From the NCBI RefSeq assembly GCF_006345805.1, contig NC_042998.1:174034001-174098000 (forward strand): a DNA stretch of 64,000 nucleotides, read 5' to 3'. The stretch comes from Octopus sinensis (lineage: Eukaryota). The notes under the pieces are model-generated. The model ran no database searches. It had not been told where the DNA came from and saw only the letters and a program-made list of their open reading frames with translations. Below are positions 1 to 13,159 of this stretch, piece after piece (the stretch's first letter is position 1; every line of letters begins with the position of its first letter). A program made the position numbers and the translations under genes.

Positions 1-296
1 ATGGCTTAAAATTGTCCCTTAAAAAGGAAAGATAGGCATTAGATGTCATCTTTATTCTGTCTCCAACTTTCCAATGACCAACCAACTTGTCTCCAATTGC
101 AACCCATCCTTTACTCCACCTATCTGGTTAGTCTAGGGTAGCACGGCATTTGTCAGTAAAGAGGACTTTTGAAAAATCTAACTTCATGGAGTCTTCTGCC
201 CATTTGTCTCTATTTTCTTTATGACCTTAATACCTTAAAGATGTGAATTTATTTTACACATTCTAATTTGTCTCCACAAATTTAAGGCTTAACGTC

Positions 297-347
<51 letters not shown>

Positions 348-380
348 CGGTCAGTAGCGACACCTGCGGGTCTGACTACG

Positions 381-421
381 CTGCATTCATAAAGGGCAAC
401 AACCCTGAAACATGTCTGCAG
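381..421 (+). ncRNA. degenerate minimal type-I hammerhead ribozyme-like motif
   Basis: ctgca-TTCATAA-aggg/caacaa/ccct-GAAA-CATG-TC-tgcag: stem I ctgca/tgcag, stem II aggg/ccct, palindromic stem III ACATGT. Core differs from CUGANGA (C3U and G8A compensate each other; G5C does not). Sits in a unique island between (TA)n tracts. Confidence 0.5.
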
Positions 422-667
422 ATGTCTGACTAGCAAGGTGAAGCGGCTGACCTCCCCTGTTCGAAGGGTGTAATGGACGCAGGTTCGTGTGTCATATAGC
501 TAGCTAGAGGCGATGGCCTCTTGGAGCTAATCAGCAGCAGCTTTAGTCTTAATTTATAGACTGCCATATTAGTATGGCGATAACTATAATAATATATATA
601 TAATATATTATATATATAATATATATATATATTATATATATATATACATACATACATACAACATATC

Positions 668-708
<41 letters not shown>

Positions 709-1773
709 GTGTGTGTGTGTGTGTGTGTGCACGTGTGTGTGTGTGTTATGTATGGGTGTGAATCCGATAGATAGGAGTATGTCGATTTTTCCCCTCATAA
801 AATAAGGTCCTAGTGTCATTTTAAAATAAATATTAGCGCTGTATATTACAACGGACCTGTGCGCGTGTGTGTAATGTATGTTTATATGTGTGAGTATGTA
901 CATACATACACCTCTGCGTACGTGCGTGCAACGTAAAATACCCTTAACCATCTGAACCTTTGAGTTGAATCCTCTTTGTATACTTCAAGTTCGAAATATT
1001 TAATTCTCTTCATATCTTGTAATTTGCCCAACTTAACCATTATTTTCCAATTTATTTGTTATTGGAGAAGTTAATCAGTAATCAAAAATATTATTCAATA
1101 CAAGCATTTTTTTTTATCTCTCTTGGTATTTAATTCGAAGTAGTTTATGTCGAGTTATGCGCTTCGACGAAATACATAATGCAATATTTGTAACTACACT
1201 TAGCCTTCAGCCAAAACTGTATCTATCAAGTCATATCATTTTATAAAAGTAAACCACAATTAGTATTTAAAGGTTGTGGTTTGAGGCCTATATTGTCATT
1301 CATTCCTCAATAGAAAATGTTATTTATAAAGTTGGCGCTGATTAGAAGGCTGCAAGTAACAAGGGATTAAATGAATTCAATAATTTCTTCTCAGAAACAA
1401 ATTGCGTTGGAGTTGAGTAGTGAATACCTGTAAATACAATCATGCATTTCAATATGGCTAATGAAATTCGTGAAGACCGGTTTCCTCTTGGATATTCTTA
1501 TGAGATGTGTTCTATTTAGTGCTTCATTAAATTTACACAATGATGTATTGATCATTAACTATCTTATGTATGTCAGTTATTATGGAGCGTAAAAGAAAAA
1601 ATTATCGAAAATTTGTATCTCTGCTTACAGCAAAAAAATTCCAGTTCAATAATTGTTGCTATTATATCTTACTGAAATAGAGAGCAACGAAAGTTTCGGA
1701 AGTAAACCAATGAAGCATGCTTTAACTCTTTACTCTTTAGTTGAATAGAGTAAATAATGCGTAAAATATTGTG

Positions 1774-2324
1774 CAGTAATCCCTTCGACTATCACGGGTA
1801 TTACGTTCCAACACCCCACCGCGATAATGAAAATTCGCGAAAATCCGCGAAGTACAAACAGTACTGTATACTCTTTACTCTTTTACTTGTTTCAGTCATT
1901 TGACTGCGGCCATGCTGGAGCACCGCCTTTAGTCGAGCAAATCGACCCCAGGACTTATTCTTTGTAAGCCCAGTACTTATTCTATCGGTCTCTTTTGCCG
2001 AACCGCTAAGTGACGGGGACGTAAACACACCAGCATCGGTTCAAGCAATGCTAGAGGGACAACACAGACACACAAACATATACACACAACATATATACAT
2101 ACATATATACGACAGGCTTCTTTCAGTTTCCGTCTACCAAATCCACTCACAAGGCTTTGGTCGGCCCGAGGCTATAGCAGAAGACACTTGCCCAAGTATA
2201 TAGTTTTTATTTTTATAATTTGTATATATTTTATTATAAATGCAGAACAACACCACAGAGGAATTGGCGTAAGCTCAAATAATAAACCGCGATAAGTGAA
2301 CCACGATATGGCGAGTGATTACTG
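1774..2324. mobile_element. Tigger/pogo-like MITE interrupted by a SINE
   Basis: Imperfect TIRs cagtaatcccttcgactatcacgg (1774) and ccacgatatggcgagtgattactg (ends 2324) followed by TA; internal ccgcgata repeats. Confidence 0.65.
1871..2196 (-). mobile_element. tRNA/CORE-like SINE family 1, 5'-truncated
   Basis: Matches copies at 19703-20110 and 47805-48242; (CTTTTA)n-type tail; gtata on both flanks (possible TSD). Confidence 0.85.
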
Positions 2325-3039
2325 TACTATGAAACACGGAAATAGTTTGGTCTTTCGGGATTATTTCTTTAATTTACACATTAATTACATTATTTGTTAA
2401 ATTCTAAAGCCTTGATGTTACGCATATGTGATAGAGTTTCTAGTCACTTAAGTTTTATCAATTTGATATATATTTCTCTATTTATTCACAAAATGTGTAC
2501 AATAGATTTCTACGATGTATTTTGGGTGTGGCATCACACAAGATAAGGATATCACGATTTATTTTTGACCCAGAAAAGGTTTTTGAAAGGGATAGTAAAA
2601 TCTAACAGACGGTTTAGTTATAGATGTAACGTCATGGATGGGACATGTCTTTGAAATAGAGATGTATGACTCCACATATATAAGAGAGTGATGTAAAACC
2701 CGAATCACGAGATAAACATTTCATTTCAATAATCCATATTTTATATAACATGTGTTGAGCACTTGTCTAATCCTTTTGACACACTTCAACGTTTGAATAC
2801 ACAAGCAAATACATAATATGTGTGTGTGTTTGTGTGTGTGTCTGTGTGTATGCTTATATATATATATATGAATGCTTACGAAGGAGGGGTGACGATGAAG
2901 GGAGGAAGGAGAAGGGAGGTAGGTAGGAGTGAAGAGAAGATAGGAGAGGAGGGAAGAGAAGTAGGAGTTGGAGCAAGAGAGGAGAGGTGGGTGGGAGGAT
3001 GTATTTGTGAGGGGGAGAGAGGCGAAGAGAGGATCTTAG

Positions 3040-3572
3040 ATGAAGTGGGGAGGAGAGTTGAGTCCATGTTGTACAAAGAAGCAAAGAGAGAAGATTAATC
3101 CTTGTTCACGGCGCAAACGGGAATCCGGATGGCCCCTGTGCAAGGATAATCCGAACACGGACAGGTGTCACAAAGAGTGACCGGTAGAGCGAAAATGGCG
3201 TGAGATCGGGGTGTCATTGCCGAGTCGGATGTCTCGGAGGTGTTCCGCGAACCGGTCAGTCAGGCGGCGCCCCGTTTGCCCGATGTACAGAGAATGGCAG
3301 AGAGAGCAGGAGATGTGGTAGATAATATTGGTAGAAGTGCAGGTGAAGGAGTCGGTGATGTGATAGGGTCGATGATGGGTGCTGGTGAGGAGGGCGGTGT
3401 TGGAGAGGTAAGGGCAGGTGCGGCAGCGGGGGCGTGAGTAGGGGAACGAGCCGGGTTGGGAGGTTGGGTTAGGGAAGAAGCTGTGGACCAAGAGGTCTCG
3501 TAGGTTGTGGGCTGGTTTGAAGGAGGGGAGGAGTCGGTTAGGGAAGATGTGCGAAGTGGAGAGGTCGGACTG
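3040..3572 (-). mobile_element. Penelope-like element fragment (Zn-finger linker plus GIY-YIG endonuclease, Neptune-type)
   Basis: Translation NLRDLLV...CRTCPY...FTCTSTNIIYHISCSLCHSLYIGQTGRRLTDRFAEH...ISRHF, continuing past a stop to RREQGLI...GLN. The ORF-track N-terminus upstream of about 3575 is microsatellite. Confidence 0.9.
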
Positions 3573-4986
3573 TGTGTGCATACGTATGCGTGGGGGTGCA
3601 TATGCCTGTATGTGTGAGTGCGTATGTGTGAGTATGTTGTATTTGTCACGGGCTCTGTGTGTGTCCGCGTGTGTTATGTTTATATACATATATATACACA
3701 TACATATATGTAGATTACGCACACATACACAGACTCACATCACTTCGTTTCAACCGTGTATGTATGTGTGTGTTATACAGTATATATTTATGTACATACA
3801 TATGAAAAACCGAAATGTATCCCCACTACGCCATTGCACACAGACGTACATATTCACACTCATATATAGATGTGTGCACTCATGTGTTTGTGTGTAAATA
3901 TTGATCTATGTGTGTATTTAATAAAAATATAATTACATTCGTGGTTTAATTTTCAGATAGAAATTAACTTGGAATGGGAAGCAAGTAAATGAAAATGTGC
4001 AATTCTGTTGGAAATTACATTTAGAGTAAATAATTTGTTATTTAATAGAATTAGCTCGCGCTTTCGACAATTGGCAATTTTAGATGTCCGAATGCAGGAA
4101 CCAAAAACAAAAAAAAAACCAGAACCATCATATTTGTATTATTGACATTACGCTGATTGTGGAACCCCATTCGTATTTTTCAATTTTTGCTGACAAATAA
4201 TTGTGTCTATTCTATAAGTATATTTATTTAATATTCTCTTTTTTTTTAAAGTCAGCCTACATGAATTTTCAACATCAAATGGAAGATTTAAGGAGATAAA
4301 GAGAGAAGCTGTCAGATATTTAAAAATATGTGTGTGAAAGCATCTCCCAGATCTTTCAACATTTCCTATTATAAGTTTTACGAGCTAATATTTTCTAACC
4401 TCAATCTTGTGTGTCTTAAAACTATCATATATTCAGGAGCTTTGGTACTTTTATGACGGTGTTTTCTTGAAAGATAATTTATTGTACAACAAAGACCGTT
4501 GCGTTATCTACCATACAGTACGGATTGAACTAAACAAAAGTATTTTTTATCCGTTTTATGGTGTCCTTTTATGCTTATATAGTTGCTAGAACACAATGTC
4601 TATGACAGAGAAATGATTGTATCAGAAAATAGCAAAAGACGCAGCACATTGATGATTTAGTTTACCATTGTTCAACTTGCTAATTACGCCATACTAGCAC
4701 CAATGACTAGCTATCGAAATCAGAGACATGGAACAAAAGTTATCCACCACGGTAAAAGTTTTATTGCCGTCTGACTTATGTAGTAGCTAGATACCGCTTA
4801 CTATCGACTGTGAAAGACACTAGACATGTCTTCCATGCTGAATTATCAGCAAATTGGGAAAAGGTCCGTAAGGAGTCACTTTACTTTTTCCGCACCGAAG
4901 GAATGTTTACATTCTTATGTAGTTGATTATCAGTTACATATATACAGGTACATGCGAATGCATATGCATATAGAAGTGCATATATG

Positions 4987-5184
4987 CTTATAGCAATCAT
5001 CGCGCAATTACTATGGGAAATAGTCAAATAATGGGGGATATAAGCGCTCGACAGAAAAAAGTAGGTTTTCCTGTACCTGGGTTCGAGTCCCACGCGTACG
5101 GGTAAGCCTACTTTTTGTGTTGAGGACTTATATGCCCCATTATTAGATTTTTTTCCTCAGTCATTGCGCGGTTATCGCTATAAG
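4987..5184. repeat. ~200 bp imperfect palindrome with a tRNA B-box in the loop
   Basis: Arms cttatagc...aaaaagtagg...gtac and gtac...cctacttttt...gctataag; loop contains GGGTTCGAGTCCC (5079-5091). Confidence 0.75.
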
Positions 5185-5326
5185 TTTAGGCTCATAAAAT
5201 ACTATTATTATTTATAATGTACATATATATATATATGTAATGTATATATATAATATATAGATATATACATATAATATATATATACCTGTATATATACACA
5301 CACACACACACATACATATATATATA

Positions 5327-5370
<44 letters not shown>

Positions 5371-7128
5371 TATATATATATATATATATATACTGTAAAT
5401 AATAATAATAGTATTTTATTAGCTATATCTCGTTTATCACTTGAATTACATATTTTATCAGATGTAGCTATTTCTTTCCCATTCTAGCAACTTTCTGCAC
5501 CGACAACGATCCAATAGCAATTTGCATGAATCATATTAGTTGAAAATAACTTCTATGAACAGATTTTGAAGAAAAAACACAATACATTCACTATTCACAT
5601 CAAGAATATATGCAACCACAATATCCTCCTTATGCATTAAGATACAGATTACTCATAAAGATACTATACAATGCAATTACAGATTCTGTGGTGACCACAC
5701 ATTTATACATTGGCTAAAAGAGCATCTAAATTAACGCTGTCTCTTCCTGCCTAAAAATTTCCTTACCTTTGAACAGTTTCAGTCCCTTTGTGGCGTATTG
5801 GTACAATGTATATTTTACTACATCACATAAAACTGCATACTGGTACATCTTTCACGAATAGAAAATCATTTCACAGCTTCGTACTTATTATTATATACAT
5901 AATTTCCCAGAAGATGGATCTTCCATTTGCTTCTTGTATCACAGCTACAATAGTTTCTAGTATTCTCGTCATTCCTATTGCATTTCGGTTTTATGCTCCT
6001 AACATTTTCCCATTCTCTGAAACACATTGAATACTCTCCTTCCCGTTGTTTCTCTTGTAACAAAAGTCTATGAGTTTACCAATGTTTCAATGAACTGCTT
6101 CTTCTATCACACACAAAATAATAGATCATCGAACCAAATACTTAAGATATAAGTAATTTTCTATATAATGATAAGCATTTTGCGCCTCTAGCGTCTGATG
6201 AGATATATGGTGAATTTCGACAATGGGACATTTTTCATTTATACTGATATGACTAAATAACCCACGCTTGTGAGTGTATGTGTGTGGTATGTGAGAGAGA
6301 AAGAGGGAGTGAGGGGGAGAGTGTGTGTGTTTATGTACAAATATATACATACCAACATACAATATGACGAATACATACCTGATATGTCTAAACGTACCTG
6401 CACAGTATGTATGTTTATAAGAAAATGTAGCTATGAATGTAGTTTGATATTTATCTAAAACTTTAATAAATCGATTTTATTTCTCGTTGTATGCACATCA
6501 GTTATTAGTTAAAGCAACCTAAAATATTTGACAGAAGATTAAATGTTAAAATCTTGAAATGGCATGAAGCTTAGAGGTAAAGTAAAAAAAAAATTCTGCT
6601 GTACATGAACGAAACTTTCTACATGAGTTGTGACAGGAATGAGAAATTGCAATCTCAACAGCAAAGCAGCCTCATTAAAAGATTACTCGATGCTTGTCAG
6701 ACGAAGTTTTAAATGGAACTGTCACGAGTCATCCGACGTCATTTAACAAGCTCGACCAAGTTAGGCTTGTCGTAACAAACATACTAACGACAATCAATTA
6801 ACAAGACTTTTAACGAAACGGTATATAAAATATTGCAGAAATTGCAACATAGTTGACAGATGTCGCATAGTGAAAAAATTATTCGCCTTGAAAGTCATCG
6901 AGACTATTTCTGTAGACTTCAAAGAAAAAAGACAATTTATTTTTGCTTCGAATAAATTCTTTTGTGGTTTAGACATTTAGCTGAGCGAATCAATTACGGC
7001 GCATTACCGCTACCAGACTTATCGACCTCAAGAATGTGATAATCAAAGTTAAACTCATTGACATACAGACAAGAAGAGAGAAAGGAAGAGAAAGAGGAGA
7101 AAGCGAGAGACAGAGAGACAGAGAGACA

Positions 7129-7129
<1 letters not shown>

Positions 7130-7216
<87 letters not shown>

Positions 7217-7222
7217 ACGAAA

Positions 7223-7254
<32 letters not shown>

Positions 7255-7290
7255 ATGAAAGAAAGAAAAAAGAAAGAAAGACAGAAAGAA
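7130..7290. repeat. (GAAA)n microsatellite
   Basis: Directly visible; source of the spurious KERK/FFLS ORFs. Confidence 0.95.
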
Positions 7291-7299
7291 AGTATTCAA

Positions 7300-7970
7300 C
7301 CCAAAGATTGGAAGGTTGCAAAGATAAAGCACTGTACAAGGACTTGAGAATGAATGAAATTGAAAATAGGTGGATAAAGAAAAGAATGCATGGACAATTT
7401 CATAGGGATGTTGAAGATAAGACAGACAGAAAAAAAAAGATGGCTATGGACAACTAAAAGTGATTTAAAACCAGAAGCGGAGGCTCTAATCTGTGTGTCC
7501 AAGAGCGAGCATTAAGAACGAATTACATCAAATACAACACATCAGAAAGTGATAAGTGCAGAATTTCCGAAGAAAATGGTGAAACCGTATGGTATATTAC
7601 CTGTCAATGTACGCCACTAGCCCAGAAAGAATATAAGAGACGTCATGACAATATAGCAAGGATTGTCTATTGGACACTTTGCAACAACTATGGACTTGAC
7701 AGAGCAAAAAAGTGGCACGAACATAAACCCGAAGGCATCATCGAAAATGATAATGTAAAGCTCCTATGGGATTTTATAATTCAGTGCGACCATTAGAAAG
7801 AGAATAGAAAACCAGACATAGTCTTAATTGAGAAAGAAAGCAAACGATGCTAGATCGTAGATATAGCATGCCTAGCTGACAACAAGGTATGCGATTAGTA
7901 AGAAAAAAGTCGATAGATATAATAGGTTAGCTTGGGAGGTTAAGCAGTTGTGGTCGCTGGAAAGGGTGAT
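7300..7970 (+). mobile_element. R4/Dong-type non-LTR retrotransposon 3' fragment (CCHC plus restriction-like endonuclease), degenerate
   Basis: Frameshifted translation MHGQFHRD...DLKPEAEALI...DKCRI...ETVWYITCQCTPLAQKEYKRRHDNIARIVYW...LLWDF...KPDIVL. Confidence 0.85.
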
Positions 7971-8688
7971 GGCCCTCTCCAGATACAACAAAATATGCTT
8001 CAACACACGAACTCAAATAAAGAATCTTGCAAACCAAATCCAAAAGCGAAATTAGTATTAGAATGTTATTAACCTTATCAAATATTATCTAAGACTCCCA
8101 TTTTCATTATTCACCTTAAATGATCAGAAAAGCAAATAACATTGACTTGAACACCTTCAAACTGAAAAGTAATTTGTGTATGTGTGTGTGCGTGTGTGTG
8201 TGTGTGCGTGCGCCTGTGTGTTTGTGAGTTTGCGTGTATGTGCGCGTGCGTTTGTGTGAGCGTGTATGTATAATATATAAGAACATTGTTACATCTAATG
8301 TACGAGGGAACTGTTGTGGGTGTGCGTTGGCAGCGACCATTTCAAAAGAGATTACGTGTTGATGTGAGGAGTGAAGAAATCAACGTTTCGACCCACACAG
8401 TTAGACGTAAAGCAAAGGACCTGAAACGTTATATTTTTCACGCCTCGCTGCAAGTGAACACTCAGTTTCTTCCACGACGTTATCAAAGGTGTAAATTGCT
8501 ATATAGTTTTGACTCTCTAGCTAGACAAAACAATTTTATTTCACTTATTTTATTGTGTCCTTTGAAAAGTCCTTAACAATCTTAATCTTATCATATTCCC
8601 CAGACAATTTTTTGGTAATATTTGATTTTAAGTAAGTTTGAAAAATACTCTTCAGAATATATATATAAGTGTACATCTAGTAATATCT

Positions 8689-8918
8689 GTTTCTTTATTA
8701 CCCACAGGGGGCTAAACATAGGGGTGAAAAACAAGGACAGACAAACAGATTAAGTCGATTACATCGACCCCAGTGCGTAACTGGTACATAATTTATCGAC
8801 TCCGAAAGGATGAAAGGCAAAGTGACCTCGGCGGAATTTGAACTCAGAACGTAACGGCAGACGAAATACGGCTACGCATTTCACCCAGCGTGCTAACGGT
8901 TCTGCCAGCTCGCTGCCT
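8689..8918 (-). mobile_element. tRNA-derived SINE family 2 (central gcctttcatcctttcggggtcgataa domain, Meta-domain-like)
   Basis: Matches copies at 23142-23378 and 43413-43640; B-box-like gagttcaaattcc. Confidence 0.85.
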
Positions 8919-9710
8919 TCTTATCACAAGATATCATAATATCTCAATATGAAAGATTTTACCGAGTGTCTAACACTATTATAATACGAAGCGTATCTTG
9001 AGCCTACATATAATGAGCAAGCATCAGTTAGTGAAGTATACTTTCGTGGGAAACGCAACATCTGAAATTTGATGGTGGTTGTTTGAAAGTTAAGATATAA
9101 TATAAACTACCATTGTCAAGATGGAGATTAGTTTCCCTGATCATGACTGGCCCATCATTAGACTTTAAGCAAATATATCAATGAAGGCTCCTCATCATGT
9201 ACAATGAAAATATGTAAATCTTTTGTAAATAGCTGGAACTAGTAAGTACACAGCAAATGTCTTGAGAGTTCATTTAGATTACAACACAAAAAATCAGACA
9301 AAGTCCATTTGATTGATATTGAAAAGTTGCATTGAAATAGTTGAGAGCAATTTTATAGTTCTTGTACAATCTATGATCCATTTGTCAATAAGACAAATTG
9401 CTATTCTACCCAGTACATAAACAGTGGAAAATAATGATAATAACATACTGTCATGCAGCAAGATTAAATCGTTTTGGCTTTCACTGTTGTATCTTTGTTA
9501 ATAATTCCAATAAATGATACAGCATATCAACGGTTCGTTTATCAAAAAGCTAAATACATTATGAGTTATTGAAAAAATAATAATAATATCGGTATACTGT
9601 ATAAACATTGCAATTCTTTTATTAGTTTTGCAAAAGCAGAGATGTCATATTTGGTGATAAATCACAAACACTGAAGTTATTTCTCATGTTTGGTATTTTC
9701 ATCGATATAG

Positions 9711-10095
9711 GTGCAGGCGTGCCTGTGTGTTAAGAAATTTGCTTCTCAGTTACACAGTTCCGGGTTCAGTCCTTCTGCATAACACCTTGGGCTATTGTCT
9801 TCTACTGGGGCCTCGGGTCGATCAAAGCCTTGTGGGTGGGTTTAATAGATGGAAACTGATAGAAGCCTGTCGTGTGTGTGTGTGTGCGCGCACGTGTATG
9901 TGTTTGGCTTCCACTACTGCTTGACAACGGTGTTGGTGTGTTTACATCCCCTTTACTTAGCAGTTCGGCAAAAGAGGCCTATAGAATAAATACCAAGCTT
10001 CGAAATAAGTACTAGGATCAATTCATTCGACTAAAAATTCTTTAAGGCAGTGCCCCAGCATGGCCGCAGTATAATTGCTGAAAGAAGTAAAATAT
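9711..10095 (+). mobile_element. SINE family 1, diverged full-length copy
   Basis: gttccgggttcagtcc B-box-like head, caccttgggc CORE-like segment, cagcatggccgcagt 3' part. Confidence 0.75.
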
Positions 10096-11790
10096 AAATG
10101 ATATGATGCTTTTGGTGTTTTTGATTAAATGAAATACTGAAATAGGAGCAAATTGTGTATGTTGCCCCTTGGGTTTCTATTAATAAATTCTTTGTTAGTT
10201 TGATGAAGACCTGAAGCGTTTTCTCTTTGTAATGTTGGAAAGTAAAAATATAGGAAGAATACGATAGTTCGATTCCAAATCATTCTGATTATCTGAAGTT
10301 TGAATTCCAAGGTTCGCCAAACTCGGCCAAACTTTTTAGGTTTACTCTTCCATTTAACTTCACTTCTTAATCCATGGAGCTGACCCCTATGAACGACATT
10401 ACAATTTAGATATATAAGGGAAGATGGGCTACAGTCATCTCCGTTCTCTGAAATCGGAATTTAATTGTGCAATGCTACGAAACACTTGTTTACTATAGAA
10501 TACTATCGTATCTTACAGCACGTCATTAAATTCACACCTGAAATCGCTCTCCCTTTACCGTAGTAGTCCTACTCACAGAATCACCATGTCTAAAAGAAAT
10601 AGTGTAAAGAATGGCAACATAATGTTGGTAAAGTTCATTTTAACAATGATCCAAAAGTGTCGACTGCAGTTTGTGAGGCAGGGATACTTGAAGAATGTGA
10701 GCTGTATAAAGATAGACAGCCTTGAGAGCCAGAGTAATAATTTTGCAGGCGTTGCAGTTCTAGTGGGTCTTAGAGGTAAAAGCTGTTGCTTAGAATAGGC
10801 AGTAGTTGAGATCCGGTATATGCACGGACAATTATTGTCTCGTATAATTTGGATTTTTGTAGTGATAAAATAAATGTTCAAGGGAGTTTCAAGTGTTTAT
10901 GTGCCAATCAGAAAGATGTACAGATGAATGAAACTAATAGATATAAAGTACTGAGGATTGTTAAACATATGGATTCTGCACCGGCAATAAGTGTGAAGGG
11001 TAAGAAGAGATCTGAACAATGAAGTTTCTGTTATGAATGAAGGTAGTAGATAGAAATCACCCGTGCAGGTAGAGATATTATTGTTTTTGAGGTGTTAGAT
11101 GCATTTGGAGGTTTGGGAGAGGAAGGCATTGAGCCTAAATCACTACAAATTTTTGTTGCTGGTATTCCGATAAGAGAAGTGGGTTTCGAAGTGAACGGTA
11201 TCTAGATAAGCGCAGACAATTTTTCGGAGGATACTATGAGTAATGACAGCAGCCTGGATAGTAGAGACTGTCTATAGAGAAGGGTTGAGAGAATTTCAGT
11301 TTGAAGAAATATAAGATTTGTAGTTTGGTTGTTAGAAAGGGAAAAATAGGAGTCCAGGGATATTAGAGATGAAAAGGGATCGTCTAATGGATTTAGTTTT
11401 CAATTAGGGCGTCAGTAAGGTTTTAGAAATCCTTACCGGCGGCCTAGTTCGAATAACTGCTACCTGCAGTAATATATCTAATGCCTCATACTTAAGACAA
11501 CAATTAACCATATACTGGTGCCTAAATGATGCTTCTAATACTCTACAAAGATATGTCTTATCAGATCTTGACTTTATATTACCTTTATTCATAAACTCGA
11601 TTATCATCCATTCCAGTAAGTGAATATGCCGTGCAGAGCTGGGTTTGCAGTTACTTAAAAACGCAACATATTTATGACGATACTGGAGCTTTGACATAAT
11701 GATATAGTCATTGTAATACATCTCAGATCTATAATTCTATTAGGTCCCTATATGTAAGTATATTTTATCAATGATTAAGTCAAACGCAGC

Positions 11791-12225
11791 TGACATTTCT
11801 TAATTTGTTTTCAGTCTGCATGAATACGTCTACTTTTATTTGCCATAGTCTGGCTACTATCTACCCTACAGTTATACATAAATACTTTGCTTAAAGCCTT
11901 CTATTATTTTTGTTTCTATCTCATACTCCAAAAACGTAAAGTAGCGAGAGTGTAATGCAATATTTTATTCACGCTTCCATCCAGTAACTTTCTATGTAGT
12001 CATGACATTTCTTAATTTGTTTTCAGTTTGCATGAATATGTCTACTTTTATTTGCTATAGTCTGGCTACTATCTGCCCTACAGATATATATAAATGCTTT
12101 CCTTAAAGCCTTCTGTTACTTTTGTTCCTATCTCATACTCCAAATCATAAAGTAGCGAGAGTTTAATGCAATATTTTATTCACGCCTCCATCCAGTAATT
12201 TTCGATATATTCCTGACATCTCTAA
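11791..12225. repeat. ~212 bp tandem duplication (two units plus the start of a third)
   Basis: tgacatttcttaatttgttttcag begins at 11791 and 12003; units align throughout with scattered substitutions. Confidence 0.85.
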
Positions 12226-12341
12226 AACTTTTTAATTCAATTTTTGTTCGGTTTATAGAGATTTTAAAGACAAGGTTTTGATCATTCAAAAGGTTCATTG
12301 TCTCATTTATGAAAGCTATTATATCAGAATGGCATATCTTA

Positions 12342-13159
12342 TACGAGATGGTATCAAAAAGTTCCCGGACTAGTTGTGTTTAATAAAAAAATAACTTACT
12401 TTCCTCGGTTTTAACGTCATCTGCTTCGAAATAGTCATCTTGCACAGCAACACATCGGTCCCAGTGTTCCTGTCACTTTTGGAACCCGGCTTTTGGAAGT
12501 GAGTTGAGGACCTTCAGCGATTTGCTCTTGATCTAGACAACGGTGTTAAAACGGCGACCTTTGAGCTGAATTTTCATCTTGAAGAAGAGATGGAAGTCCG
12601 CAGGTGCTAAATCTATAAAATAGGGCGGGCGCGAAAGCGCCACCGTGTGAGAAGAGCTCCGTGACACTGTCATCGTGAAGAATCTAGTTCTTCGCGCTCC
12701 ATAGATCCGGTCACTTACACCGAATGTCCTTCCTCAAACACTTCCGACGATCCTCATGCATAAATTGATGAATTGTCTCCTCATTTCCGGGGATGACTAT
12801 CATGGCAAGTTTTCCACTTCACTCATTATTTTCAAGGGAAGTTCTTCCGCTTTTGAAGCACCCATACCACTTGAAACATTGCGTACGACCAATTGCCTCA
12901 TCGCCGTAAGCTTGCTAAAACAGACTTCCCAAGTTTAACGCAAAATTTCACGTTGGTCCTTTGTTCCAAATCGCCGACTACAGCAAACACGTGATCACAA
13001 AAACACAAATTTCACAACATGCAAATTAAACACGGCGATATTTCTCGGCACACTGCCTCCTGAATGGCACTGCTTGCTCTCATTGTGGAAGTAACCGTGT
13101 GCTGCCATCTGTTGGCGAGCTACAGGATTAGCCCAGGGACTTTTTGATGCCACCTTGTA
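12342..13159 (-). mobile_element. internally deleted mariner (Tc1/mariner) transposon
   Basis: TIRs TAcgagatggtatcaaaaagttcccggact and agcccagggactttttgatgccaccttgTA; minus-strand remnants EQRTNVKFCVKLGK, QAYGDEA, DLAPADFHLF (YSPDLAP motif), WDRCV...YFE. Confidence 0.85.

Noticed and set aside
430-951. 173-aa ORF and the many similar YIYI/HTHT/CVCV ORFs across the window
   Set aside because: Translations of (TA)n and (CA)n microsatellites; no domain signal.
6180-6235. CTGATGA hammerhead-like heptamer
   Set aside because: Followed by GACA rather than GAAA, with no convincing stems I or III.
6994-7347. KERK-rich and FFLS-rich ORFs
   Set aside because: Products of the (GAAA)n tract.
10560-11400. 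Strand-asymmetric block that might be an old LINE endonuclease region
   Set aside because: No motif could be read with confidence; needs a BLASTX/HMM search.
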